From Marsupella aquatica (taxonomy: Eukaryota > Plantae > Marchantiophyta), in the NCBI GenBank assembly GCA_973895155.1, contig OZ316897.1, forward strand, positions 7,864,470 to 7,928,469: DNA of 64,000 bases, given 5' to 3'. The position numbers and the translations under genes are program-made. Positions 1 through 12,800 of the stretch are shown piece after piece (the first letter of the stretch is position 1; every line of letters begins with the position of its first letter). The notes under the pieces are model-generated. The model worked only from the letters and a program-made list of their open reading frames with translations, ran no database searches and was not told where the DNA came from.

Positions 1-830
1 GGATATTTGAAGGTTGAATCCCAAACGGGATACGCCGTATCCCATTTCGCATTCAACGTTGAGGTTTTGACATTTGGAGGCTAAGATACTTCATATTCGG
101 AGGTCGGATGCGATATGGGATACCCCGTATCCCACTTCGCATCCAACCTCCTTTTTTCATTGAAGAGAAAAAAAACTGGACATTTGAAGGGTGAATCCCA
201 AACGAGATACGCCGTATCCCATTTCGCATTCAACGTTGAGGTTTTGACATTTGGAGGTTAAGATACTTCATATTCGGAGGTTGGATGCGATATGGGATAC
301 CCCGTATCCCACTTTGCATCCAACCTCCTTTTTCAACTAAACAGAAACAGAAACTGGATATTTGAAGGTTGAATCCCAAACGGGATACGCCGTATCCCAT
401 TTGGGATTCGTCCTTGCCATTTGCATGAAGATTCTCACCTGTTAGTCAAATCTGATTTTCGGGAAATACGAGTTTGTATAGACGGTGGGCATTCGTCGAG
501 AGGAAGAGGATAGTGAGCGAGGAAAAATGAGCGGAAAATTTTCAAGCGGGGATCTCCTATTTATAGTTTTCGACCTGACCGTGGTTATTATTTGACTGCA
601 GTTGCAGCGCAGTTGGTTAAATGTTACCGTTGAGAAGAATCGTTTGGGAATATTCTTAACGGGTAAAACAACATCGGCACTTTTACTGCGTTTGTTTTGT
701 TTTTTTTTGGAATTCCGCGGTTGGATCCGAAATGGGATACGCCGTATCCCATCTTCGTATTCACTTCGATTTTTCCCGTTTTTCAAAACTGAAAATCTAG
801 TTTTTTTAGGGGGAATACTAATTCCGTATC
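1..830. repeat. Tandem ~177-178-bp repeats built on the palindrome GGGATACG-C-CGTATCCC; probably the subterminal array of a TIR transposon running off the left edge
   Basis: Units start at 1, 178 and 356 (third is truncated). Each full unit carries two copies of the GGGATAC..GTATCCC palindrome. A further copy lies at ~734-750 and a half site at ~810-830. Confidence 0.8.
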
Positions 831-1684
831 CAAGACTTTTTTGCCTTAGAAACTTTTTTCGCCGCGGGCAAAACGAGAAGTGTGGTCACACTTCTCGTTT
901 GGTCCGTCACTGTGTTTTGAGCATAATTGTTGACAATATTTATAGAGGACAAAAACGTCCATTGGAAAAGAGGCAGACCACAGAATAGAAGGAAGTGATC
1001 AAGAAAGAAAATGCCTTGCATAGTGCTTTGCCATTCAAGAAGGTGAAGGTGGTGAAGGATAGCACTCAAGAGTTTCTGGACAGAGTAGCAAATGAGCACA
1101 ACGTAGGAGGTAAACAAAGTTGCAGAAGTAAACATAAGGTCATTGTCATGCAAGACGGCACATCAATCCCAGAAAAGACAAAGAAGGGAAAAGGGGTTTC
1201 CACAAAGCAGAAGCAGTCTCTGACTATAAAGACAACAGTCATGCAAAGTCCAACTACAAATGACAATGTTACCCCATTTGGCATTTTAGATTTGAATGTG
1301 CCTGCAAAATATTTGGATGGGATGTCGGAGTGGCCTCACAATGTCCCCTTAAAGGTTGGCGCCCCCTCCATGAATGTGTACAACCTTCAGTACTGGGATG
1401 CATCAGCATTGTCCTACCTGAAGGAAGTGGCCGATGACAAAGAGAACTAGCAGAATCCTTGAATGTCAATCATGCAATAAAATGGTCAATTTTGAATGTT
1501 GAGTCAACGTACATCTTTACTGAAATAGAGCTTACATTTGAGTGTTTGGCTGTATGAAACTACTCTTGGAAAGAACTAGAATTGAAACTTTCCAGTGTAA
1601 TGTGTACATCGTTAGGAAGCGAATATGCTAGCAGACTTTTCGCACCCCTTTGTCTACTTATGGACCTTTAAGAACGACTTCTCA

Positions 1685-3010
1685 TTAAATCTGTCTAGCC
1701 TGACCCGAGGCCTGACCCTTGCAGCTACGAGGAGGAAGAAGTCTTTTCCCTAAGGTCGGTTCTGGCAAGGCCTCAGTTGAATCACAATGACCGAGGTTGA
1801 TTGGCTGCTCCATCGTGCCACAAGAGGACTCCACTCTGGATTGCAAGGCAGATGATGTCCACTCCCCTCCAAGTGTCCTATTTTCCTGAATGCGGTTAGG
1901 GTGGTTTGGCGGTCGGTGCGGGCGAGGAGCACGATCATATTCAGCTTCATTGGGACCATCCAAATAATAATGTATATCCACCTCAAGTTCTCCCTAGCTG
2001 TAAAAATGTAATAACAATCAAACCTGACAAGTTGCAACGTTCACAATGGAACTTCTTTCAATGTACATGCAGAAGCCAAAACATACACAATGCAAGAGGA
2101 GTTAGGGAGTACATGTAACACTGTGGTGTGATGCGAATAATCTGAAAAGGCTTTACGATGAGCCTGGTAAAAGTTGTCCTGAATCCTCTGCAATGTACTA
2201 CCGTTGTGCTCTCGTTTCCAAATTTCATAAGTTGTTTGGGCAGCGACCTTCTGCTCTTTCAATTCAGTGCTAGACTCCCACTGTAGCACCTTCTTCTTGG
2301 CTTCGATCCACAACAGGGCAAGGTTGGAATGTTTCTTAAGGATGACCTTAGAAGATTCATCCATATTCTCAAAACTTTGTGCTATCATGGGGCCCAGAGC
2401 ATGAGTAGCCATGTTCAAGTGCAACTGTGAGAAGTAACCTTCACTACGTACCAATTGGATTGTCAGTGGCATTGACCAACTCACACACATGAGGAAGCCA
2501 TTGAGCAAGCAACTAGATCTCTCAATTGACGAAATGCCTTGTTATCCAACAAGGAATCCCAGGCATGCATCTACAAGTCAGGAAGGACTACATGCTTCAT
2601 ACACTCTATCAATGGAGGCATAACCCCAACATTGGGAGGCAATGGCCTCACTGGGAACGCCAAGTTTGCCTTGGCAGTGATGCAAGACCGAACATACACT
2701 CTTGTGGTGAGTGTCCACACAGGATCGCACCACAACTCCTTATTCTGCTTCTCAAAAAAGTGCAGACGAACATGTTGTTCCATCCCGCCTACGTACTTGT
2801 ATTTTTTACGATAGGAGCCCATTTCACATATGAAGAACCTGTGATATCCCACACTATCCTTAACCTTTGTGTAATGGAAGCCCTCAATGGCGAGCCGCTG
2901 TTCCAAGTCAGGACTTCCTTCACGTGACATTGTAATAGACAATGGCAGAGTTGAACACAACCTTTGATGCAGAGCGACAGCCTCAAATGAGATGGTTAAG
3001 CTAGGGACGG
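1685..3010 (-). pseudogene. Decayed ORF with a degenerate C2H2 zinc-finger-like motif; probably mobile-element cargo
   Basis: FICEMGSYRKKYKYVGGMEQHVRLH fits F-x-C-x4-(C)-x12-H-x3-H if the Tyr codon TAT was originally TGT. Downstream ORF pieces (2571-3077, 2041-2508, 1685-2037) are broken by stops and frameshifts. Confidence 0.35.
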
Positions 3011-3619
3011 TGCCATACATACCATATACTACCAAGGGACTCACCTGGCAACACAACGCACACACAAGAGGGTGCATGGCTGATACAGACGCTATCTTCT
3101 CATGAAAATTTGGTTGTTAGCTACATTTTTGGACAGTCAACTCGAGCTATGGCGGCCACTGCCAAAAGTCTCGGTCTTCATGGAGGAAAGACCTAATGGC
3201 TAGAGTAGATAGACGTGGCCCAAACAACGTATGAAATACAACAACGAGAACACTCACTGAAACCTTTTAATGCACGTTTTTTGATTTCAGCATAGAATAC
3301 ATAAACATGGAATCCCAAACATAGTTCTGTGTCGAGAACTCTATGCCATGAAGACGATGGAATGCAGACTTTGTTGTATTCAATGAAGCTCCTACTCATT
3401 TTCACCAATATCTATGGACTGCAAAAGAGACTCCATATCCTTAATCCTTGCTTTTAAGGCCTCAAAATCAGAGGGATCAAAGGACCTGCTAGACGCTCAC
3501 CCAGGATTTGGCGACACTACAGCGTTGTCCTCTTTAGGCTCTACAGCATCTTGGGCAAGCCTTGAAATGACAGATTTTAGACGTGAGCAAGGCGTACGAC
3601 GTACAGGCCACAACTCCTT

Positions 3620-4290
3620 CCCTTAAGAATGACAAATGCTGGATCACAGCACCATGATCCTGCACACGAACTACAATCTCAACAAATGGCATCTTCTCAG
3701 TAATGCCTCGGACCATCGCAACTTGAGCTTCCTCGATCCTCCAACAAGCTGAAATCCCCTGCACTGATATTCCTCAGCAGGGCCCGTCCTGCCTCAAACA
3801 CAATGGCGCGCAACGGGGGGCAATCTTCTGCAACTCCACAATCGACGAAAAACAGATCGAACCTGAATTGTAAAAAAAGAATCCAAATGAGGGACTGCAA
3901 TGTGCAACTTCCTTATTCCTGAAGATGACTTGCAATGCTACCAAACACCAGACAAATGACAGAATAAAGGTCGCTACGATATTGTCACAAAAAATGTCAA
4001 AAAGCATAGGCAACCAGTTCGAACCTAAACTGATCCTGTCTCCATGGAGTTATGCCTGCATTTGTAAGGCCCTTTGATTGTTTTCAAACACGTAGTATTC
4101 TTCTTCTCATTCATGTCGGTACAGGCCAGGTAATTGAACTTCCTGGGATAAGGATTTGGCGCATCGAAGTTCACAATGTTCCCCAACAATGGACCAAACG
4201 TGACTGTCTGCCCAGCCCCCATAGCTCGTGAATTTCTCTGATCGTAGAACCTCCGCCCGTCTCCATTGAGTACGACATTGTGCAAATTGG
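3620..4290 (-). pseudogene. RPA70 C-terminal-like (Zn-ribbon OB-fold) pseudogene, copy 1
   Basis: QTVTFGPLLGNIVNFDAPNPYPRKFNYLAC..C.K..YKCRH, then across a probable intron (~3864-4024) QFRFDLFFVD..PPLRAIVFEAGRALL..QVAMVRGITEKMPFVEIVVR. It aligns along its length with ORF 37432-37980 and contains frameshifts. Confidence 0.6.
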
Positions 4291-6861
4291 CAGCACACTA
4301 CATGCGCAATGTCGCTTTGGAATGTGTTCTGAAAATTCAAAAATGTGCGAACCAAAACTCTGTTCTCCGGCCCTAAACTCGTTCCCAACAGTAAACATTT
4401 GAAATGTGTGATTGCTACGTACCATCCATCTTTCGCCAACCCATTGGCAGATGTGGGCCGTTGATACACAATGTGGGCAATATTCAGACTGTATATGAGA
4501 TGGCTTCTTGAACAAGCCTCCCGGGAATACAAAGGGCGTATGTGGGACGTCAATTGTGTCACGAAATACAATGTGGGCCGTCAATTGCTTTAGTGTCTTG
4601 TATTGCAATCTTGGCTGTTGATATCTCCCAATCATATCAGGGCTGTCCACTCTAACAGTTCTCATCATCAAATGGTAAACACCAAACTACGCCATCCGCA
4701 CCCAATATCTGCCCGAACTACCTTTCAGACCCGCTGCGTCTCCTTAACTCCTCAAGGTCTGGTTTCACACTGTTCACTCCCACGGTCTGGTTGGAGACTG
4801 TTCAAAACTCAAAACACTACCGGCAACTACCGGCGATAGTCTCATGCACAAACGACAGTATTAATTGTCAATATTAATTGCTGACTTGTAGAAGGAAACA
4901 TAGTTCACATAATGTCCTCCTCAAAAGAAGGGAGGCTGTATGGGAAATTAATGCACTCAGAAATACAAACATAAAAATCACAAAAATCTTTAAGAGAATA
5001 ACAAGTACATACTAAAATGGTTACACACCACGACCTAATGTGCATTCCCCATAAAAATTAAGTACTAACCCGTTCTGAAACCCTAAACAGAGAGCCCAAG
5101 CCGATCCAGCAGCCTACGTGGCAGGGTAGCATTGGGTGAAATCCGTCCGAGTTGGACTACCCGGCCTCGACCCTAGTCCAACGTGGCAGGGGAGCACTTC
5201 AAACTTTGCCCGCCTTGCGTGTGCTCGACGCTCCGTCTGTCCGTCCGCTCCTTCTTTGCACTGCTCCTCCCCTTGGAGCTCTTTGTGTCGTCGAGAGTTT
5301 CGAGCTCTCCGCTGATCGTTCCCTCCATTTGCTGTCTCGTCCCCACTCGTCCCTCGTGCGCATGCATGCATTCAGCATATCTCGCCCTTGTTCTTCTTCG
5401 TTTCTTCCTCGTCTTCATCTTTTCGTCTGCTGTCTAGACCGGTCCGGCCATCGATTCCATCCTTGCGTACTAGTGGAGTAGTATGGGAGACTAATCGAGC
5501 GAGCGAGATTTAATTCGTGAATGGCAGTGATTCAGGATTTTCTTGTGAGGTGAAGTTTTGGTCGAGCTGAATCGGTCAGTCCTCGATCCAGTCTCTGGCT
5601 TGTGGTATACGAGCGAGTGATCGATCGGGACGGATGACGGTTGTCTGAATCACATTGATTCTGAACTTTCTAGCGAGGTCAAATTTCTGTTTAGGAGTCC
5701 ACATCTGACGCACCTTGGTCGAGTCTCTAGCTTGTGGTGGCGTACGAGAGAGTGTTCGATCCAGCCGAATGTTGCGATCACGCTCAGGTGTTTTGGAAGT
5801 GAGATAGCTTTACTTGGGTACGTAGGCGGCTGCTACTGTTGTTGATCGATCGATCCTGCTTCGTGCTCTGAGCCCCGCGGGTACTGTTCTCGTTGTGTTC
5901 TTCACTGGTTAGAGTTTAGCGTAAAACTGTGGCCGACAATTTCGAATGATTGTCCCCGAGATCGATTCGGTGGTCATTTACAAGGCAATAGGAAAGTTTA
6001 CCTTCCAAATGTCCATAATGTTAATGGTTCGAGACTAGTGATTGTACTCGGTAGGAATTTGACTCCTATTGCAATGCTATGGCGTTGCTAGCTTTGGTTG
6101 CTCAATACGTGATGCTTTGCTATCCTTACTTGCAATTTATCTTGCATCCGTTATAATTTTTGTGCTCGTCTATTCTGTAGCGGGCGCTCCTGCTGCTTCG
6201 TTAGCCGTTTTTAAAACGTCATATGTGAAACCTCGCGAGAAACCAGTTGCACGTAACGAGGGGTCAGGTGCTGAATGCTATCCATCTCTCTCAGTGGTTG
6301 GCTCCTAAGCTGCAATCCTTACTTACGCACTGTACTTCTTTGCGTTCAACCTTTGGTCTTCCACTTGAAATTCTCTCGTCCTTGGATATCTTCATCCGAA
6401 AATTCTCTCGTCCTTGGATACGTTCATCCGAAAGCGCATGGACGGTAAATCACTGGATGTTATGGCCGCCGAACGCCTTGTCCGTGTCTCCACCCCGTCG
6501 CTGATTTGATTTTCCAGACTCTGGCCAGTCCTGGCCTATGCCATGCACGGCATAGCGCCATACGTCTCATCTGTGTATTGATCTCGTCGTCTCCTGCTTC
6601 AACAGTAGCAGTTCATAGCACTTGATTGGTTCTCATGAGGATAGAGTCGGAGTGGTAGAGAGCTACTAAAGGGGGTCGCAGCATCTCGTAGACTTCGACG
6701 GTGCACGGCTATCCTGATATTCGCCCTTGCAAAAGATCTATTAGCGTTCTAAATGGTGCCTGTCTGTGGGTGAGGCAACCTCTGAGAATTTCGGTTACCA
6801 CCGTGCTGACGTCGATTTTTTCAGGATCCAGCAATTCTCCGAGTCTGATCGGTTTCTACTG

Positions 6862-9800
6862 ATGCGCCCGTCGTTAAAACGCCGTAATGAAAAATCAATG
6901 TGCGATCGCCTACCCGTCATGTGGACTAAAGAGGTTAGCTATGAGCTATGTTGTGTCCTCATAAGAATAAACTTGATTACGTACTATATCTTGACATCAG
7001 TAGAGTCCTGACATCAGTAGAGTCCTGTGTCCTTTAAAATTCCTTGAACAACTTGAGTTGGTTTCGTTTCTTCCATTTCCTGCTCATATGATAATCATGC
7101 AAGAGTCAAAATCGCCACAGGGTTTGTTTTGCGGACGTTTGAGTTCTGGTCTTCTGGACTGCATATATTGCATGCTGAAGACAGTATGAAATTATTGCCA
7201 GCGAGATTGATAGAACACTTTCAAAACATTTGAATTCATCTCGTAACAGCTGTGTATCCGCGTAACTTAGATTCGAGCCCAGTTGCCTCGCACGACCAGA
7301 ACAATCATGAACCGAAGTATGAAGTCAATGCGTTCCGAACGCGGGGCCGGGGCTTAGGTAGGACTGGAAGAATATTGACACTAGTGACCATTCTTTAGAC
7401 ATTATTTACGTAAGAGTCTAATAGACCTCATGCAAGAGCCGGTATCTTGACGTAGCGTAGCTCGATTTCGCGTTAGTAGCTGCTAGAGATCTCGTGATCT
7501 ACTAATGTTGGTACGCACTACACGAAGGTTAAAGATACTGGAAGTGTCTTCCGACTACAAAATCATGATGAAGCTTCTACGTGATGCGTTCCAAGCGAAG
7601 TGGATTGAACTTAACTTATCATTGTAATCTAGCATTGTATCAATACATCATCACATTTAACAAGCTCGTAACATATCAAGCTCTTAACAGCTTTGGTCAT
7701 GCAGAGGCAGATGATAGTTGAAGAAATTAGCCAGCGATGTTGTATATATAACATGGCGTAGTGTAATGTGCTCCAGTGGGTTAGAATAAGTGACGTTTGA
7801 GCTAGCCTGAGAGTACGTTTTGCTCGCGGGAGAATGCTATATAGCCAAGACTGAAGTATGGCGGACAATCTTCAGAGTCAAAGTTGTATACAATTCAGCG
7901 GACGACGTCTTAATGCTCCCTGTTATCGGAAAGTTTGATCGTAGAGAATTTTACTTAACACGAAGCCTTCTTCAGAGGCAGGGGGACACTTGAGTGCAAA
8001 ACATTTTGGGCGTAATCAAGTATATATCCCTTCTAAATACACAAAATGTACAAGAGTCTGGTCATCACATGTTCTTGCGGTCGGTTGCTTAAATGATGAA
8101 GATGTGTAAAGAACTGATAGTTGTGAAGCGCACTAACCTACGTTCGGCGAATGTATGTTTGTTGATGATTGTGCGACGTGCAAGTGCCAACTGTCTACAA
8201 ACATGCACACGTTCGAAAAAGATATTTACGTTCGGTACTGTTACGCAAATTAAGGGGTTGGTTCACGGATGTTCTTGGTACTTCTGAACGAATACTTCCT
8301 CTGAAGCCCATGCCATAACAGTTGGGTATTACCAAGTGTAACAAGTGGCGGATTTCTTTCTTGTTTGAACCGTATTGGCTTGGCGTGGTGACTTGCTGCT
8401 GTGTCTGGCATGTACAGGAAGACGATATACTGAGAGACCAAGTAAAAGTGCATGGCATTGACAAGTTCGTATCGCTCCCCTCCTTTCACCGTGTTTCTTT
8501 GTCACAATAGAGGGATCTTCTTCTACTTTAAATGAATCGTTTGGACGTGAGGCACGCAGACCCGCATGCAGATTGGTTCCGTAGACTGTTCCAGTCATAG
8601 GCTCAGTAACCTGTGTCGTGCAAAAGTCGTCTTGAGTCGTTGTCAATCTTTCTTTGTCCTGTAGTCATATTGAACCAATCTAGAACCGACCAACTTACCT
8701 GCAAAGGTTTTGCTCACCAGGCTTTTCCATTCTTTTCTATTTTGCATGTCCTCGGCTTCGTAATGTGAAGCATACCTTGTTGTTATTGATGATGATTGTT
8801 TTAACATCAGGCATGGTAATGTTGGTGTTCTTTGGATATCAGTCGTCTCGTCCATGCATGGCCACATTCATTTACACTACATTTTAAGCTTTTTGGCTAC
8901 CGAGATCGGACTGAAGATGTACTGATAATAATGTGCCACTTCTCGATCAGGTGGGCAAAGATCGCAACACATCTTTGCGGTAAAACAAGCAGACATTGCA
9001 GGCGGCGGTAAGTTTGAAATGCTGTGTTGCTACGCAGTACAGCCCAATGATTACTGATAAAACGCCTGATTTATTTGTCCGACAGCCAAAACTCTCGAGT
9101 ATCCAACATTTCCCCTGTCTGTCAGATATCGTGTGACTGCTACTACTTACTGACGTCTACCAATTTCTAAACGTAGTTTTACGTCTTGGAAAGGTCCACC
9201 GCTTCTGCGACCCGACCTCACCAAATTCAGGGAGAAAATGTTCGCTTAGTCTAGATGCATGATAATTTGTCAGCTGCAGTTGATTCGAGTCCTTCTCTTG
9301 GGTCTGTTGTTGTCTAGTGCAGGTGGCATATGTTTCTCAACGTCGTCAACAAACGGGGTGGATGGTCGGCAGACGAGGATGAGCTTCTGCTAGAGGTCAC
9401 AAAGCCACCCAACTTGTTTGATGTAATTGAGTTTGAAACCTCTTCTTTATTGTATATATGATCCTGACCACTAGAATTCGCGCAAAACAGGTGAGAACGC
9501 GATAACATCTAATTGCCGATGCGTTTCATTCCAGGCTCACAGAAAATTTGGAAATCGATGGACGGAAATCGCCAAAAAGCTGCCGGGCAGGTACATCAGC
9601 TAGCGCTCTTGCATGCGAGCCTGGAAAGAAACAATATCAGTTAGTCATCTTGTAGAAACCCCTGCCGCATATGAAAGACTGAGCAACTAGAAAATGTAGC
9701 TTGTTGTCGAAGCTTGCTGCTGAGCCATCGTCCGACGCAACAACCTACTGAGCTGCTTAGCCTGTTCGGTGATACCCTTTGGCAAGAATTTGAATTTAAG

Positions 9801-12800
9801 GGCAGGAAAGGAAGGGATTATAAAGATTCCGAGTAAACAAAGAGGTCGAACACCACGACGCAATACATTATGTATTGTGAATTTCTTCTGTCCCTGTACA
9901 CAACATCATAGCAACAACCGGAAATGAAGTGGCGAAATCTCGTGAGTGAACCGTTGTAAAATTCATAGCAAAGAGGTCGAAACGCTGCAAACTACCTACG
10001 AATGAAATCTCTCTTCGCTGCAATGCTCCAGCACGACTTCTATTTTTCGCTGCTCGAAATTGAGTTATGTACCTACACTTCCGTCATCTTGGGGTGGTGG
10101 ATCATTCCCATTGCAGGACAGACAATGCTGTGAAGAACCGCTTCTGCGTACTTTGCAAAAAGCAGACAAAGGAGGCAGAGGTTTCGCCTCTGCAAAGGCC
10201 TATAGACAGTCCCACGGACACTGCCAGGCAACGACTTCCAGAAAGACGATTACTCGAGGGGCAAAACCCCACGACAGGCAGTGGGGCGAACAAGAAGATG
10301 AGGTAAGGATCACAATTTGAGGACCATTTCTTTGTAGCCGAAGAGGAATCGATGGAAAAAATTGAAGGCGTAGCTAGATCGGATCTTTCTATCACTTCAT
10401 TTTCGCTGAACACTGCCCTTCTGAAACAGTTCCGAGAAATTTTCCAACGTTTACAATCTCTAATCGAAGTAACGTGTCCGGAATTTTCGCCTTCATCAGG
10501 ACGGAGGCAAATCATAAGAGAAAGCCAGAGGTAGCTGTGCAGCAGAGACACCTTGTAGAAACATTACAGAAATGGAAAGGACTACAATCTACTGAAGCCT
10601 TGAACTGCTCTCCACATCAAGTTTCACGGGAAGGAAGTCTGCCGCCCTGGGATTCTGTATCTGAGTCTAACGTATTACACCGAAACACACAAGCGGACAA
10701 ATTCCAGGGTTGGATGAATTTGCCCATGAAAGGTAAAGGACGTGCAACTCACCCTCAGATGCAACCAAGAGAAACCGTCTCCCAGTGGGACGGATCTCAG
10801 TCAGGTGTAGGCATCAATGATCCTATCTGTTCCACAAGCTCACGTGTAGGAGAGCCACGACCTTTTAATGTGCAATCTCACATTCCATCTTCCTGCCACT
10901 CAAGAATCAAGCAAGAGAATTTGCAGCAGCTGAAGAGGGCAAATCTAGGGGAAGGAACTGGTGACTGTCCGCACCACCAGAAATTGCTTAAGACCAGTCA
11001 CTCCACATGGTGCAATGCGAAAAGCATAGATGCTGCCACCGATCTACTTCCCCAGCAGAAGACAGACAATGAGCTCCTGCGGTGGTGGAAAGGGTTGGAC
11101 AAAAACACAATGTCTAATGTTGCCCTTCAGCACACGGAGGTTCATGAGGCACTCCCTCATTGGGAGCAGAATCCTCAAGACTGTGTCACTACTTCCCTGA
11201 AGCAGCAAAATCCTGTCGATGAAAACCTACCACCTTTAAGTGAACTGAGCTCCCTTGCAGCAGCCTTCGTGTCCAACTCCAAAGAGTGCACATTATTAAG
11301 TGGCATGCGGAGATGGTCAATGGCGCAACCAGGAAAACCCTTTGAATATGTGCAGCAGTCAGGTGGAGGTGGGACGCAGATCTGGGACCACTCCTTGGCG
11401 AAAGAAGCCAATGCCAATACTGCAAATACAAGGACAAAAGAAAACATGCACGAATGGCAAGATTGGGACTCTACTGAAGTCGGTAACTACTCTCTCGGCC
11501 AGAGTAGGCCACTTGAGCAAACCATGGAGATTGATAATCCAAAACCTGATGATTCAGCCGAAAGTATTCCCCCACAAGTCTCTATGAAAACTCTCTCCAT
11601 GTGGACTGGGCCAATTTGTCAACAAGCAAACGATAATAGAGTCTTGCATGAGCCAGAGGGCCAAGAAACGCACGAGTGGAAGAAGCCTGAGATACCAGCA
11701 AGGAGTCCACGTCAACTACTGGAAGACAAGCTACAACAGCTGGAAGAAGTGGCAGTCCATCCAGGTCCACTTGTGAGCATGTTGAGCCGGTTTGCAGGTA
11801 TGGGTTGGTCCTACGCATCACTTCAAATAGGAAGATTTGTTGCGAGAAGGAACGAGACCAGCAAGTAACTTCACATCCATGCATATCGCAGTCTCACATG
11901 TTTCATTACGATCGATGAATTAGCTAGCAAATCTGTTATGTTCCTCAATATATCATTCAACTAACTGTGGACTGATCGATCGAAGTGACCATGTCCATGT
12001 CATCAGTGGGTAGAAATTAGTTACCTTGTCAACTTCCTATTTATGTATTGTGACAGGTAGTGAGTCCAAATCAATAGCTCACCTGCTGAATGCACATGCA
12101 GAGAGACAAGGAAGATACAAGTCCCAATTCATCGAAGAATCTTGGAAGGTGAGGTCAAGAAGCTCTCCTTGAAGGTGCTCTTGAAGGTTGACAACTAAGA
12201 GCAATAAGTCCATATGCACGTAACTTGATATGGACTTATTTCTCTTGTCAACCTGGACAATCCTAGTTAGCGAGACTTTCTGCAAAGGATATTCAGATAA
12301 CTATTTTCAAGCTCCCTCAGCCGTCTGTTGTTTGAGAAAAAAATGCAAGATTTTTATTTGTACCTAACTAACCAATGCATTGGAAATGCAGACTGCTGTT
12401 GAAAAGTTGAAATGCAAACCGGCTACATTTTCTTCAAATACTAAGAAACAAAGCCCCAGGTGAGCATGAGCTGCTGGCCCCCCTTCTAAGACTAAATCAA
12501 AGACTAGAGCTTTGTGAAGGCTCGCCTTGTTAAATATTCAGTTCGTCTGGCCCATGGTTGTAGGGGAGTTCTTGGATTTGAAGAATTCATGTCAAGAGGA
12601 TCAAAAGAGAGCGACCTCGACACAACAGCAGCCGCGGATCCAAATCCATCTCAACAATTGAAGGCGGATGAAGCCAATTGGAAATCGCGAATCACTGTGA
12701 AGGATGGCGAAGATGGAGCAATGAATACTAGGGAAAGGTTGGTGCCCGAAAGTAGCAGCACCTGTGAGGCATGTACTGACGGAGTGCCAAATGATGAAGG

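Noticed and set aside
1-420. CRISPR-like array of palindromic repeats
   Set aside because: The intervening sequences are themselves repeated rather than unique spacers, there are no cas genes, and the context is a spliced eukaryotic genome.
6368-7027. Short tandem duplications (~32 bp at 6368, 17 bp at 6992)
   Set aside because: They are ordinary local duplications in non-coding DNA with no sign of function.
10474-11868. 464-aa ORF as a standalone gene
   Set aside because: It has a phase-compatible acceptor (10500) and donor (11797) and is an internal exon of the MYB gene.
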